From the IMG/VR virus record IMGVR_UViG_3300042391_000634, positions 124,001 through 188,000 of that record: a DNA stretch of 64,000 nucleotides. One strand, written 5' to 3'. Shown in pieces: positions 9,078-17,404 of the stretch; the stretch's first letter is position 1; every line of letters begins with the position of its first letter. The notes under the pieces were generated by a model. The model had not been told where the DNA came from and ran no database searches. It saw only the letters and a program-made list of their open reading frames with translations. Both the position numbers and the translations under genes were made by a program.

Positions 9078-9454
9078 TATAATGAATAGTTACTTGTTTT
9101 ATTATCGTTTCCATCATTAACCAATCTATCTAAAATCTCACGATCTTCATCAGATAAAGTCAATTTACCCATAGAACCTCCACCACCTGAACCACCGGTG
9201 GTTTGTTTAAGTAAAACACTTTGTAATTTAACTAGTGAAATTTTCTTTTCAGTACAATCGTTTAATATCTTCTGTTGTTCTTTAATAACAGGTCCAATTG
9301 TACTCATGTCTTCGGCGTCCTTCATAAAACTCATCATTTTTCTCAAAATGGTGGATGCAGTATTTCTGTTCTCAACAACATCGTTGTAGATTTCCTGCAT
9401 TAAGGCTAACGCTGAATCAACATCTAATGTAATATTGTTTCTTTGTGTTCTCAT
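9077..9454 (-). CDS. Hypothetical helical protein
   Basis: 125-aa ORF, TATTTAT box at 9459-9465 (minus), stop overlaps the next start. Confidence 0.6.
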   Translation of the reverse strand: MRTQRNNITLDVDSALALMQEIYNDVVENRNTASTILRKMMSFMKDAEDMSTIGPVIKEQQKILNDCTEKKISLVKLQSVLLKQTTGGSGGGGSMGKLTLSDEDREILDRLVNDGNDNKTSNYSL

Positions 9455-9468
9455 ATCAATAAATAGAT

Positions 9469-10170
9469 TTATTCTAAAAATCCACCCAAAATACCGTCAT
9501 ATAGTTTCTTATAACGTTTAAGAGAGACTCTAATCTCTTTTGTTGATAAGGAGGTCATTTCTCGTAAAGAGAGTAAGATAAGGTTCTTATTGAATTTGTT
9601 ACCATCACCTACTTGAAATATCTTATCAAAATTACTGAAGATTTCAAGTAATGCGTAACCTAACTTTCTCTCGTTATCAGATAGATTTTTTTCTTTTTCA
9701 ATAAAATTTTCTAAATCAATTGTAAGTTTAGTGATAACAGAACTATAATCAATTACGAATTCATCCGTAACATATGAATGGTCTTTACTATCCTCAAAGT
9801 CGGAAGATATATCATCATAAGAAACCTGTCTATTCTGTTCTTTGGTATCTTTCTGTATTGCTCCCATAAGGTAGTTTTTACAGATGGTTCCAAAATATGA
9901 ATACGCTTTAGTATTCTTTGTGTGGTCAAATTTGTTAATCTTAGTTATAAGAAAAGACATTGTATCGGTATGAATTTCTTCAAATTCCATATCTTTTCTA
10001 TAAAGTTTATAACGTCGAATAATTGATTCAACCATTATAATTAGGGGTTCACGTAAATATTCATTGAATATCTTATTTCTTTCTGTTTCGTCACTACTTT
10101 CTAAGTAATTGACTACCGCCTTCTCTTGATCCTCCCCAAAATATATTTTTTGGGTTCTTGGTCTTGGCAT
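9469..10170 (-). CDS. gp55: Phage sigma factor, gp55-like (late transcription)
   Basis: Sigma region-2 pattern LIIMVESIIRRY...EEIHTDTMSFLITKINKFDHTKNTKAYSYFGTICKNYL, comparable to the gp55 F-D-x-x-K...A-Y-F-T-x-I motif; no clear region-4 HTH. Confidence 0.7.
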   Translation of the reverse strand: MPRPRTQKIYFGEDQEKAVVNYLESSDETERNKIFNEYLREPLIIMVESIIRRYKLYRKDMEFEEIHTDTMSFLITKINKFDHTKNTKAYSYFGTICKNYLMGAIQKDTKEQNRQVSYDDISSDFEDSKDHSYVTDEFVIDYSSVITKLTIDLENFIEKEKNLSDNERKLGYALLEIFSNFDKIFQVGDGNKFNKNLILLSLREMTSLSTKEIRVSLKRYKKLYDGILGGFLE

Positions 10171-10949
10171 TAAGCTATTTCATAATTTATATCTCGTTTA
10201 TTTTTAAAGAAAAATTCTTTCTTTGCACTCTCTAACCAAAATTTAGATTCATCTTCTGTAAGTTTAGAAGAATCATCATTTTTATATAACCAAAATAATG
10301 AGTCCTCTCTAAAATTTAAATGTTGATAACCTATCTTTGGAACAGTCATAATTTTAACACTATTGTGTGTTAATCTTAATAAAAATTCATATCCAAATGT
10401 AAGTTTAATATTATCCTTTAATGAACCGTTATCTTTAATAGTTTTTGTTCTATACAAACCACCTGAAATTTGATAATTTTGAAAGTCTAATAAAACTTCA
10501 TTATCTAACGTTCCTTGTTTTTCTGTAAACCCATAAGCCCAAACTGACTCATTTGTGAAACTAATAAAATTACCTTCACTATTAATGTCCTTAACCACAG
10601 GTAAAAAAACGTCAACATCTGTATATTTTTTTACGTATTCATCGATAGATTTTAACCAAATTGGTTTATACTCATCATCCACTTCTAAAATACTAAACCA
10701 TTCAGTATCACATTTTTCAATACCCAAATTAATTTGAGAACAAAAATCAGTTTTAGAACTATTGGTAACTATGTTAACATCTAATACCTCAGAAATATTT
10801 GTTAATTCAGATTTAACTGAAGGAGGACAAACAATCATTAATTTAACATCTTCGTGAAATTGTTCTACGGATTTAATTGCGTTATCTAACATTACACGGT
10901 AACTATCTTCTATTCTATGTACTGGTAAAATTATTGTTATATTTTTCAT
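10170..10949 (-). CDS. Glycosyltransferase, GT-A fold (GT2-like)
   Basis: N-terminal ITIILPVH strand, SQINLGIEKCDTEWFSILEVDD (DXD-equivalent), GYEFLLRL. Confidence 0.85.
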   Translation of the reverse strand: MKNITIILPVHRIEDSYRVMLDNAIKSVEQFHEDVKLMIVCPPSVKSELTNISEVLDVNIVTNSSKTDFCSQINLGIEKCDTEWFSILEVDDEYKPIWLKSIDEYVKKYTDVDVFLPVVKDINSEGNFISFTNESVWAYGFTEKQGTLDNEVLLDFQNYQISGGLYRTKTIKDNGSLKDNIKLTFGYEFLLRLTHNSVKIMTVPKIGYQHLNFREDSLFWLYKNDDSSKLTEDESKFWLESAKKEFFFKNKRDINYEIA

Positions 10950-10950
10950 A

Positions 10951-12006
10951 TTATTTATCTTCTTGTTTTAAATTTTCTAATGCTTTTGATAATAGTTCAA
11001 TTCTTTTATTTGTAAATGAATTGAAGATAGACAAAATATTATTTTTAGTTATTTCTGTATCATATGGTAATAACGTTTCTTTCATTTTTTCTTTAACTTC
11101 GTTAGTTAATTCAATACCATCTAACCAAGCTAAAACAAATGTACCTAAAATGTCAACTAATTTATTTTCATCATATGTCCACATACCGTTTTCACTTAAC
11201 CAATCAGGTTCTATGTTTGGTATTTTACCGATAATTGGAACACCTGATTTCATTGATTCTAATGGGAATGTTCCAAATGTTGATTCGTCGTCGGCCCATA
11301 ATGAAACCATACAGTCTTTTAATCCTTCAGAGAATTCTTCATAAGTCATTTGTACCATATCTCTAAAAGTAATCCAACGTAAATGTGGATATTTTAAATA
11401 AAACTCAGAAATGAATTTTCTATGTTTAACTCTATCTCTACAACTAATTGCAATATATGGTTTAACAATATCTTCAGTAGGTTTAAAATTATCACCAATA
11501 ATTGGTGGAATAATATGAACTAACATTTCTGGAAAAATTTCATTAATATATTTTTTTGTTGCTTCAGTTGTTACAATTACACGATCAAATCCATAATCAC
11601 TCCAACGACTACCAACAGGTAATGTTTCAAAAATATATTCTTTTTGTTGTACTAACATTATTTTAGTACATCTTACATTTGCCAATTGTTGTAAAACATT
11701 TGAATAATATTCAGGAACAACAATAACGTCATCAATTGAAATATTAATCTTATCTTCTTTAATTGATACGAGTTCTAAAACATCGTATTTTTCACCCAAC
11801 CATTCTGGTTTGATGTATGATTTATCTTCTGTTAAAATTTTTGAATTATATCCATTTTCTTTTAACGTAAGTGCCATATCGTAGATATGTTTAATTGCTG
11901 CTCTCGCATTGTTTTTAGTGTCATATGTTAAAAAATATATGACATTTTCTTTTGTTTCTAACCTTCCTAAGGCTGATTCAAGTTTTTCTATGTTTTCTTT
12001 ACTCAT
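10951..12006 (-). CDS. Glycosyltransferase, GT-B fold (GT4-like)
   Basis: DDVIVVPEY and C-terminal ESTFGTFPLESMKSGVPIIG (E-x-F-G-x-x-x-L-E-A/S-M donor-binding motif). Confidence 0.8.
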   Translation of the reverse strand: MSKENIEKLESALGRLETKENVIYFLTYDTKNNARAAIKHIYDMALTLKENGYNSKILTEDKSYIKPEWLGEKYDVLELVSIKEDKINISIDDVIVVPEYYSNVLQQLANVRCTKIMLVQQKEYIFETLPVGSRWSDYGFDRVIVTTEATKKYINEIFPEMLVHIIPPIIGDNFKPTEDIVKPYIAISCRDRVKHRKFISEFYLKYPHLRWITFRDMVQMTYEEFSEGLKDCMVSLWADDESTFGTFPLESMKSGVPIIGKIPNIEPDWLSENGMWTYDENKLVDILGTFVLAWLDGIELTNEVKEKMKETLLPYDTEITKNNILSIFNSFTNKRIELLSKALENLKQEDK

Positions 12007-12283
12007 CTTCGTCTTCTATTAAAATTTGATTTTTTATTAATGTATTAAATGCAATTCTGAAAGATACCGATGTTCCCTCTTGTGCAAATTTCCCAAGTTC
12101 TTCATCTACGTCATCAATTTCACCTAAAACCCTATCCAAACACATTTTTATAATTTCGTATTTGAATATGTTCACTTCAGTTACTTCTGTTCCGTCTTCG
12201 TCTGGTATTGTTCCACCTGTTCTACATTTTTCTGTGATTCCATCAAGGTCAATGTAGTAGTTTTTTCCAAAGATTTCAACCAT
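11999..12283 (-). CDS. Hypothetical acidic protein
   Basis: 94-aa ORF filling the gap between the HAD-like and GT4 genes; overlaps both. Confidence 0.6.
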   Translation of the reverse strand: MVEIFGKNYYIDLDGITEKCRTGGTIPDEDGTEVTEVNIFKYEIIKMCLDRVLGEIDDVDEELGKFAQEGTSVSFRIAFNTLIKNQILIEDEDE

Positions 12284-12867
12284 GGTTCTTGTATTTCATT
12301 TAATTTAGTTATTTCTTTACCATAAGTAAAGAATTGATTATAAGTGGTATTAAATTTCATTCCTATTTTATTTTCGGGACATAAATCTAAAATACTTTTA
12401 TTGTCGGTAATCCATACATCACATTTACTCCAACAATCTTCAATATCTTTAGTTTTAATAAACTTAATATTATTACCAAGATATCCATTTTTTGATAAAA
12501 AGAATAGTGTTGCGGGTTTTGATTTACCTAACTCGTTTAACCCAACTAATGTAAAGTTGTGTTCAGTATTTTCAAATAAAATTTTGTGTAAATCTGTGAA
12601 AGTGGTGGAATAACTTATTCCGGCATGACCAAAAATCTCAATAGGGTATTCAATGAATAAAAAGTTTTCAAACTCTTCTTGTGATTGAAATTTGTAAGAA
12701 TTTAAAAGATTATCATTTTGAATAGGTTCAGTAACCGCATATTCAAATGTGTTTTCTTCTTCACCTTCAATTATAATATCACTATTAAAATATGATTCAT
12801 TATAATGATAATCAAACTTTTGAATTGTATTTCTTAAAACACCATCAATACTAATATATATTTCCAT
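12181..12867 (-). CDS. HAD-superfamily 5'(3')-deoxyribonucleotidase-like protein with degenerate catalytic motifs
   Basis: N-terminal IYISIDGVLRN (canonical DxDGV) and DVWITDN (canonical D-x-x-I-D-D). Confidence 0.6.
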   Translation of the reverse strand: MEIYISIDGVLRNTIQKFDYHYNESYFNSDIIIEGEEENTFEYAVTEPIQNDNLLNSYKFQSQEEFENFLFIEYPIEIFGHAGISYSTTFTDLHKILFENTEHNFTLVGLNELGKSKPATLFFLSKNGYLGNNIKFIKTKDIEDCWSKCDVWITDNKSILDLCPENKIGMKFNTTYNQFFTYGKEITKLNEIQEPWLKSLEKTTTLTLMESQKNVEQVEQYQTKTEQK

Positions 12868-12904
12868 TATAAAAATATACGATGATTAAAATCATAAGTA
12901 AATA

Positions 12905-13639
12905 CTAATCATATCTTTGTAAAATATCACCAATAATTGGATTACGAACAATGTCTTGCATTCCAAACTCAAAAATTCCAATTCCTTTAACATCTTGTAA
13001 TCTCATTTTAGCATCGAATAAACCAGATTTAGTTTTATCTCTAAATTTATCTGATTGTTCAAGATCTCCTGAAATAAAGAATTTTGAATTAAATCCAATA
13101 CGAGTTAATAATAACTTAATCTGTGATGGGGTGGCATTTTGAGCTTCTTCAAAAACAAGAATAGTATTATCTACGTTCCAACCTCTCATATAAGCAAGAG
13201 CAGCAACTTCAATGTAACCTTGGTCTTTTAATTCTTCGCGAGCCTCTTTACCAATAATTTTATTTAATAGATAATATGATGGATAAATGTATGGGTCTAA
13301 TTTCTCTTCTAAACCCCCTGGAAGTGACCCTAATTTCTCCTCAGCTTCAACTGCGGGTCTTACTATGATAATCTTCTCATACTTGTTAGAATCGTCGTAT
13401 AATAGGTCTACCGCACGTTTCATTGCTATGTAGGACTTACCTACACCTGCTGGACCGAAACATAATGTAATTTGATTTTCTCCAAGAATGTTCCAATATA
13501 TTTCTTGGTTTTTTGTAAGGAACTTTTCTTTAGGACGTTTAATGATTTGTCTAATCCTATCTTTATGTGATATCTTCTTCTCTTCTACTAATACAGGTGG
13601 TGGTTGGTGAGATGTTTTGATTCTTGTTTTATAAGCCAA
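12905..13639 (-). CDS. phoH: PhoH-family ATPase
   Basis: Walker A FGPAGVGKS, IIIVRPAVE, LGSLPG, AYMRGW, EEAQN, GDLEQSD; TTG start. Confidence 0.95.
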   Translation of the reverse strand: MAYKTRIKTSHQPPPVLVEEKKISHKDRIRQIIKRPKEKFLTKNQEIYWNILGENQITLCFGPAGVGKSYIAMKRAVDLLYDDSNKYEKIIIVRPAVEAEEKLGSLPGGLEEKLDPYIYPSYYLLNKIIGKEAREELKDQGYIEVAALAYMRGWNVDNTILVFEEAQNATPSQIKLLLTRIGFNSKFFISGDLEQSDKFRDKTKSGLFDAKMRLQDVKGIGIFEFGMQDIVRNPIIGDILQRYD

Positions 13640-13682
13640 AGTGAATAGTTTTAATTGTTCCGTTTATTGTTTATAAATATCA

Positions 13683-14330
13683 TCAAACACCGGTAGATCC
13701 AAAACCACCTGACCCTCTTTCTGTATTAGATAATTCAGGAACCTCAGTCATATATATGGTAGGATAAGGTAATATGATAATCTGAGCACCTCTTTCACCC
13801 ACTTTATATTTAATTGAGTCTAAACCTTGAGTTTTCTTGAATGTTGCTTGTAATTCTCCTCTATATCCACTATCAATAACACCAACACAATTTGATAATA
13901 TTAAATCTTGATTTCTAACTGATGAACGAGGAAATACTAACCCAACATAACCTTTAGGAATTTCCATCGCAATACCAAAACCATATGAAACACTAAAAGA
14001 TGTATTTTCGATTTCTTTTGTAATGGTTAAATCCATACCAGCATCACCAACTTTTGAGTATGAAGGAATAACCGCATTAGAATCTAATTTTTTTACTTTA
14101 ACTAAAACACCACCACCCGTCATCGTTGATTGAGTGTTAATTATATTTTGTTCAGTAACAGGAGGAGTTCCTAAATCTTCTTGTAATTTATTTAATAAAT
14201 CATTTAATTCAGTAACAAAATTTAAATCAATTTCATCGTCATCCGATCCTATTGTTTTTTCAAAACCTTCTAATTGTTTTAGATAGTTTTCAACATCTTC
14301 TTTTTCCATTCTATTTGTTTTTCTTTTCAT
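13683..14330 (-). CDS. dut: Trimeric dUTPase with an acidic N-terminal extension
   Basis: All five motifs: GDAGMDL, FPRSS, GVIDSGYRGE, GAQII, RGSGGFGSTG. Confidence 0.96.
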   Translation of the reverse strand: MKRKTNRMEKEDVENYLKQLEGFEKTIGSDDDEIDLNFVTELNDLLNKLQEDLGTPPVTEQNIINTQSTMTGGGVLVKVKKLDSNAVIPSYSKVGDAGMDLTITKEIENTSFSVSYGFGIAMEIPKGYVGLVFPRSSVRNQDLILSNCVGVIDSGYRGELQATFKKTQGLDSIKYKVGERGAQIIILPYPTIYMTEVPELSNTERGSGGFGSTGV

Positions 14331-14526
14331 CCAACCATTTATCTAACGCCTTAATTCTTTGTTTAAGGTTATCGTCTTGGGGTCGTAAACATATCTCTAC
14401 AAATAAATCGGTAATCCTTACCAACTCTTCAAGAGTAACAGAAACACCAACTGATGTTACATATTCCAATGCCATTTTACTTTGTGATTGACGCATGATT
14501 TGTATCTCACGACTATAAAATTCCAT
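14311..14526 (-). CDS. Hypothetical protein
   Basis: 71-aa ORF in the leftward operon, overlapping the dut start. Confidence 0.6.
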   Translation of the reverse strand: MEFYSREIQIMRQSQSKMALEYVTSVGVSVTLEELVRITDLFVEICLRPQDDNLKQRIKALDKWLDEKKNK

Positions 14527-14546
14527 ATCAGTTGGTGTTTAAATTG

Positions 14547-14783
14547 TTATTTACTTTTGTAATACTCGGGTGTGTTCTTTTCGTCGATAACACACTCAAT
14601 TGGAAATTTAGCGACACTTAAACTTTCGCTACCTCTAATGTCACCTTCACGATATCTTGCCGCAACAATTGTTGCTTCTTCTACCGATTCGGCTTGAATT
14701 ACGTATTTTACTTTTTTAACACGAGGGTTTCCTTCTCTGTCCATTTGTTCGGTTTCATAACCGATTGTAACTTGATAATACAT
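14547..14783 (-). CDS. DUF4494-like small protein
   Basis: MYYQVTIGYE...KKVKYVIQAESVEEA resembles the Bacteroidota DUF4494 pattern (W/Y-F/Y-x-x-x-V-x-Y-E ... Y-L-V-x-A-x-S-x-x-E-A). Confidence 0.5.
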   Translation of the reverse strand: MYYQVTIGYETEQMDREGNPRVKKVKYVIQAESVEEATIVAARYREGDIRGSESLSVAKFPIECVIDEKNTPEYYKSK

Positions 14784-14790
14784 GTTGTTT

Positions 14791-16014
14791 CTATTTAATT
14801 ATTGATTTAAAAAATTCTACTCTATCTTTACATACTTTCTTTAATGAGTATGTATCTTTAACTGTTTCATATAAACGGTTTCCTAAGTCTTCAATCATAT
14901 TAGGATTTTCCACTAAACGTTTCATATGTTTCGCCCAATCTTTATGATTCTTTTTTGTTCCTACTAATAACGCATTTCCTTTATCGTTAAATTTACCTTC
15001 ATCAACTGCCGAAATTAAATCAATTGTAAAAGGGTCAACATCACTTGCAATAATTGCCTTCTTAAAAAATCCAGCCTCAATTATTTTCAATTGTGATTTA
15101 TTTGCGTTAAACACAGATTCAACTAACGGTGCTAATGAAACATCAAAGGTATTATAATTTGTCGCGTAGGTATTAATATTTTTAGTCCATCTTCTTCTAT
15201 ATGGTTCGTTTTCATCATTATATGGAGTTTCCACAAATGTTTCTAAATAACTTTTATATTCGGGACTTAACACTTTATAATTGTCTGTAAAGAATTTTTC
15301 ATACTTATACCAAACAGTCTCTATAGGTTGGATAGGTCTATTTTTTTGTTCTTTTGTTTCTGGATTAATTTCAGTAACACTTCCTCTTAAATCAAATCCA
15401 CATAAAACAAATTGAACTTTGTCTTTAAAAGAATTGTGTGTGGATGAAATACCATTTTCCATTAATTCTAAATCATAAAGATGTGATGAACCACCTAACC
15501 AACCAAATCTAATTTTGTCTGATTTTACAATTTCATTTTTAAATTGTGGTTCATCTTCATTAACTGCATTTGGGAAAACCTCAACATTCTTTACTTTTAA
15601 TTTATCCTTAATTGTTTTTGCAAAAATAGATGTTGTAGTTGTTACATAATCAACCTCCTTTAACATCTCCATCTTCATCTCACCTATTTTATTATTCTTA
15701 ATTGCATAATACATTGGGTGTCTTTGGTCTACAAACCATAAATCGTCAATATCCATTATGGTAATAATACCTTTAGATTTTAACCATTTAATTCTTTGAA
15801 TATTATTAGCGTGGTTTGTTTGATGAATAAATGTATGAAATACAACAATATTATAGTTTAAAAAAACTTCATCTCTATCCTCAACGTTATATGATATATC
15901 AACATGGACATCATCAGAATGTTTATCACCAATTAAAACATATGGATCTGTTATTCTAAATTTACCCACACCAAATTTATCTGAGGGAATTGCTAAAATT
16001 CTTATTTTCGACAT
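14791..16014 (-). CDS. Glycosyltransferase, GT-B fold (GT4-like)
   Basis: IMDIDDLW, VDYVTTTT, VFPNAV, RFGWLGGSSH, DVSLAPL...NKSQLKIIEAG. Confidence 0.85.
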   Translation of the reverse strand: MSKIRILAIPSDKFGVGKFRITDPYVLIGDKHSDDVHVDISYNVEDRDEVFLNYNIVVFHTFIHQTNHANNIQRIKWLKSKGIITIMDIDDLWFVDQRHPMYYAIKNNKIGEMKMEMLKEVDYVTTTTSIFAKTIKDKLKVKNVEVFPNAVNEDEPQFKNEIVKSDKIRFGWLGGSSHLYDLELMENGISSTHNSFKDKVQFVLCGFDLRGSVTEINPETKEQKNRPIQPIETVWYKYEKFFTDNYKVLSPEYKSYLETFVETPYNDENEPYRRRWTKNINTYATNYNTFDVSLAPLVESVFNANKSQLKIIEAGFFKKAIIASDVDPFTIDLISAVDEGKFNDKGNALLVGTKKNHKDWAKHMKRLVENPNMIEDLGNRLYETVKDTYSLKKVCKDRVEFFKSIIK

Positions 16015-16066
16015 TAATCATTAATTATATTGTTATAATATAACTAAAAAAAATGAAAAAACAAAA

Positions 16067-16636
16067 TTACTTTGCTTTATTTACTCCTGTGATTTTACCT
16101 TTGAATATCGAATCTCCTACCTTTAATACTAAATTTTCATTGATTGAAGATGTTGTGGATGCAGTAAGGATTTGATTTAATTTTTCATCCATTACTTTAC
16201 GAACTGTATTCTCAATAAGAACGGCCATTGCATTCATATCAATATTGTTATTAACAATAGTTTGTTTTGGTTGTGCCGATGGTCTTGTTGCCACACCTTC
16301 TTGTTCCATTAAACGTTTTGCACCTTTAACAAAATCCATATCTAAAGTATCATTTAAAGAAATTTGTTGAATTGGATTTTCCATCATTGCTTTTTTAATT
16401 GCGTCAGGTAACTTTGAATTTTGAATTTTATCAACACTCATATTAGCACCTACAGGTCTTGTATTAGGTTGTTGTGGGGTCTGCATTTCCATTAATTCTG
16501 ATGGGTCGGATCTTAACATTTCACTATTAACATGACCTCTTTCATAATTTCCACCATCCACTTTGTTCATAATTTTTTTAGCTTGAACTAATTTTTTCAT
16601 TAAATCGTTAGACGATATTGTTCCTTGTTGTGCCAT
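16067..16636 (-). CDS. Hypothetical protein (late, possibly virion)
   Basis: 189-aa ORF with a TATTTAT box at 16641-16647 (minus). Confidence 0.55.
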   Translation of the reverse strand: MAQQGTISSNDLMKKLVQAKKIMNKVDGGNYERGHVNSEMLRSDPSELMEMQTPQQPNTRPVGANMSVDKIQNSKLPDAIKKAMMENPIQQISLNDTLDMDFVKGAKRLMEQEGVATRPSAQPKQTIVNNNIDMNAMAVLIENTVRKVMDEKLNQILTASTTSSINENLVLKVGDSIFKGKITGVNKAK

Positions 16637-16669
16637 GTTAATAAATATTTTATATAATAATAAACCTTT

Positions 16670-17404
16670 TTAAGAAAACATTAAACGCTTAATATTTTTA
16701 ATACTTTCTTGTAAATTTTTATTTTCTTCATCTTCCTCAGGATTAACAACCGGTTTTTCTTTCTGTTTTGGTTGTGGTAATTCTTTTACTTTTGGTTCCT
16801 CAGGTGTTGTTGGTTCAGGTTTTGATACAACTTTTTCTGGTTTAGTTTGAGGTTTTGGTTGTGGTAGTTCCGTTGTCTTCGGTTCCGTAGGTGTTACTTC
16901 GGGTTCCGTAGGGGTTACCTCAGGTTCCGTAGGGGTTACCTCAGGTTCCGTTTGAGTTTTAGGTTTAATTATTCTTGGTTTCTTAACCTCAGGTTTTTTA
17001 GTCCAATCTGTTGTTACATATGTTACACTTAGTCCGCTATCATCACCTTCTTTATAACCTGGTCTTTTTTCATCAAAAATTTCATCTGTTATTTCTGTTC
17101 CACTCATTCTACTTAACATAAATGTCCTCCATCCATGTTTGGCAAATCCTTTTTTTGATACGGACGGTGGTTGAACAAACGCTCTCATTACTAAATTACC
17201 CTTTTTACTTAATCCCAAAGCAACCACTTCCGCCTTTACACGATATCCAGCCTTTACACTATTTTTTTTAGGTTTTCTTGGCCCTGAATAATAGAATGTA
17301 ATTTTCTTCCTATTTTTGATGGCATCAACAATAGGTTTTGTTCTTGTCGTTTTAAGTGCAAGTTGTTCTTCTAATATTTCAAATATGGTATTTGTAAAAC
17401 TCAT
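16670..17404 (-). CDS. Stand-alone WYL-domain protein with a Pro/Glu/Thr-rich tail
   Basis: IVDAIKNRKKITFYY...GYRVKAEVVALG...GNLVMRAF...GWRTFMLSRM fits the WYL fold pattern (AI-x-x-R-x-x-I-x-F-x-Y ... R ... R-x-F-x-L-x-R-I); no HTH. Confidence 0.72.
   Translation of the reverse strand: MSFTNTIFEILEEQLALKTTRTKPIVDAIKNRKKITFYYSGPRKPKKNSVKAGYRVKAEVVALGLSKKGNLVMRAFVQPPSVSKKGFAKHGWRTFMLSRMSGTEITDEIFDEKRPGYKEGDDSGLSVTYVTTDWTKKPEVKKPRIIKPKTQTEPEVTPTEPEVTPTEPEVTPTEPKTTELPQPKPQTKPEKVVSKPEPTTPEEPKVKELPQPKQKEKPVVNPEEDEENKNLQESIKNIKRLMFS
16881..16950 (-). repeat. 21-bp tandem repeat, 3 copies (TEPEVTP), in the WYL gene
   Basis: GGTTCCGTAGG(T/G)GTTAC(T/C)TC(G/A) units on the plus strand. Confidence 0.85.

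Noticed and set aside
9077-9454. 125-aa helical late protein as the small terminase subunit
   Set aside because: Size and helicity fit, but there is no recognisable motif and no large terminase nearby; left as hypothetical.
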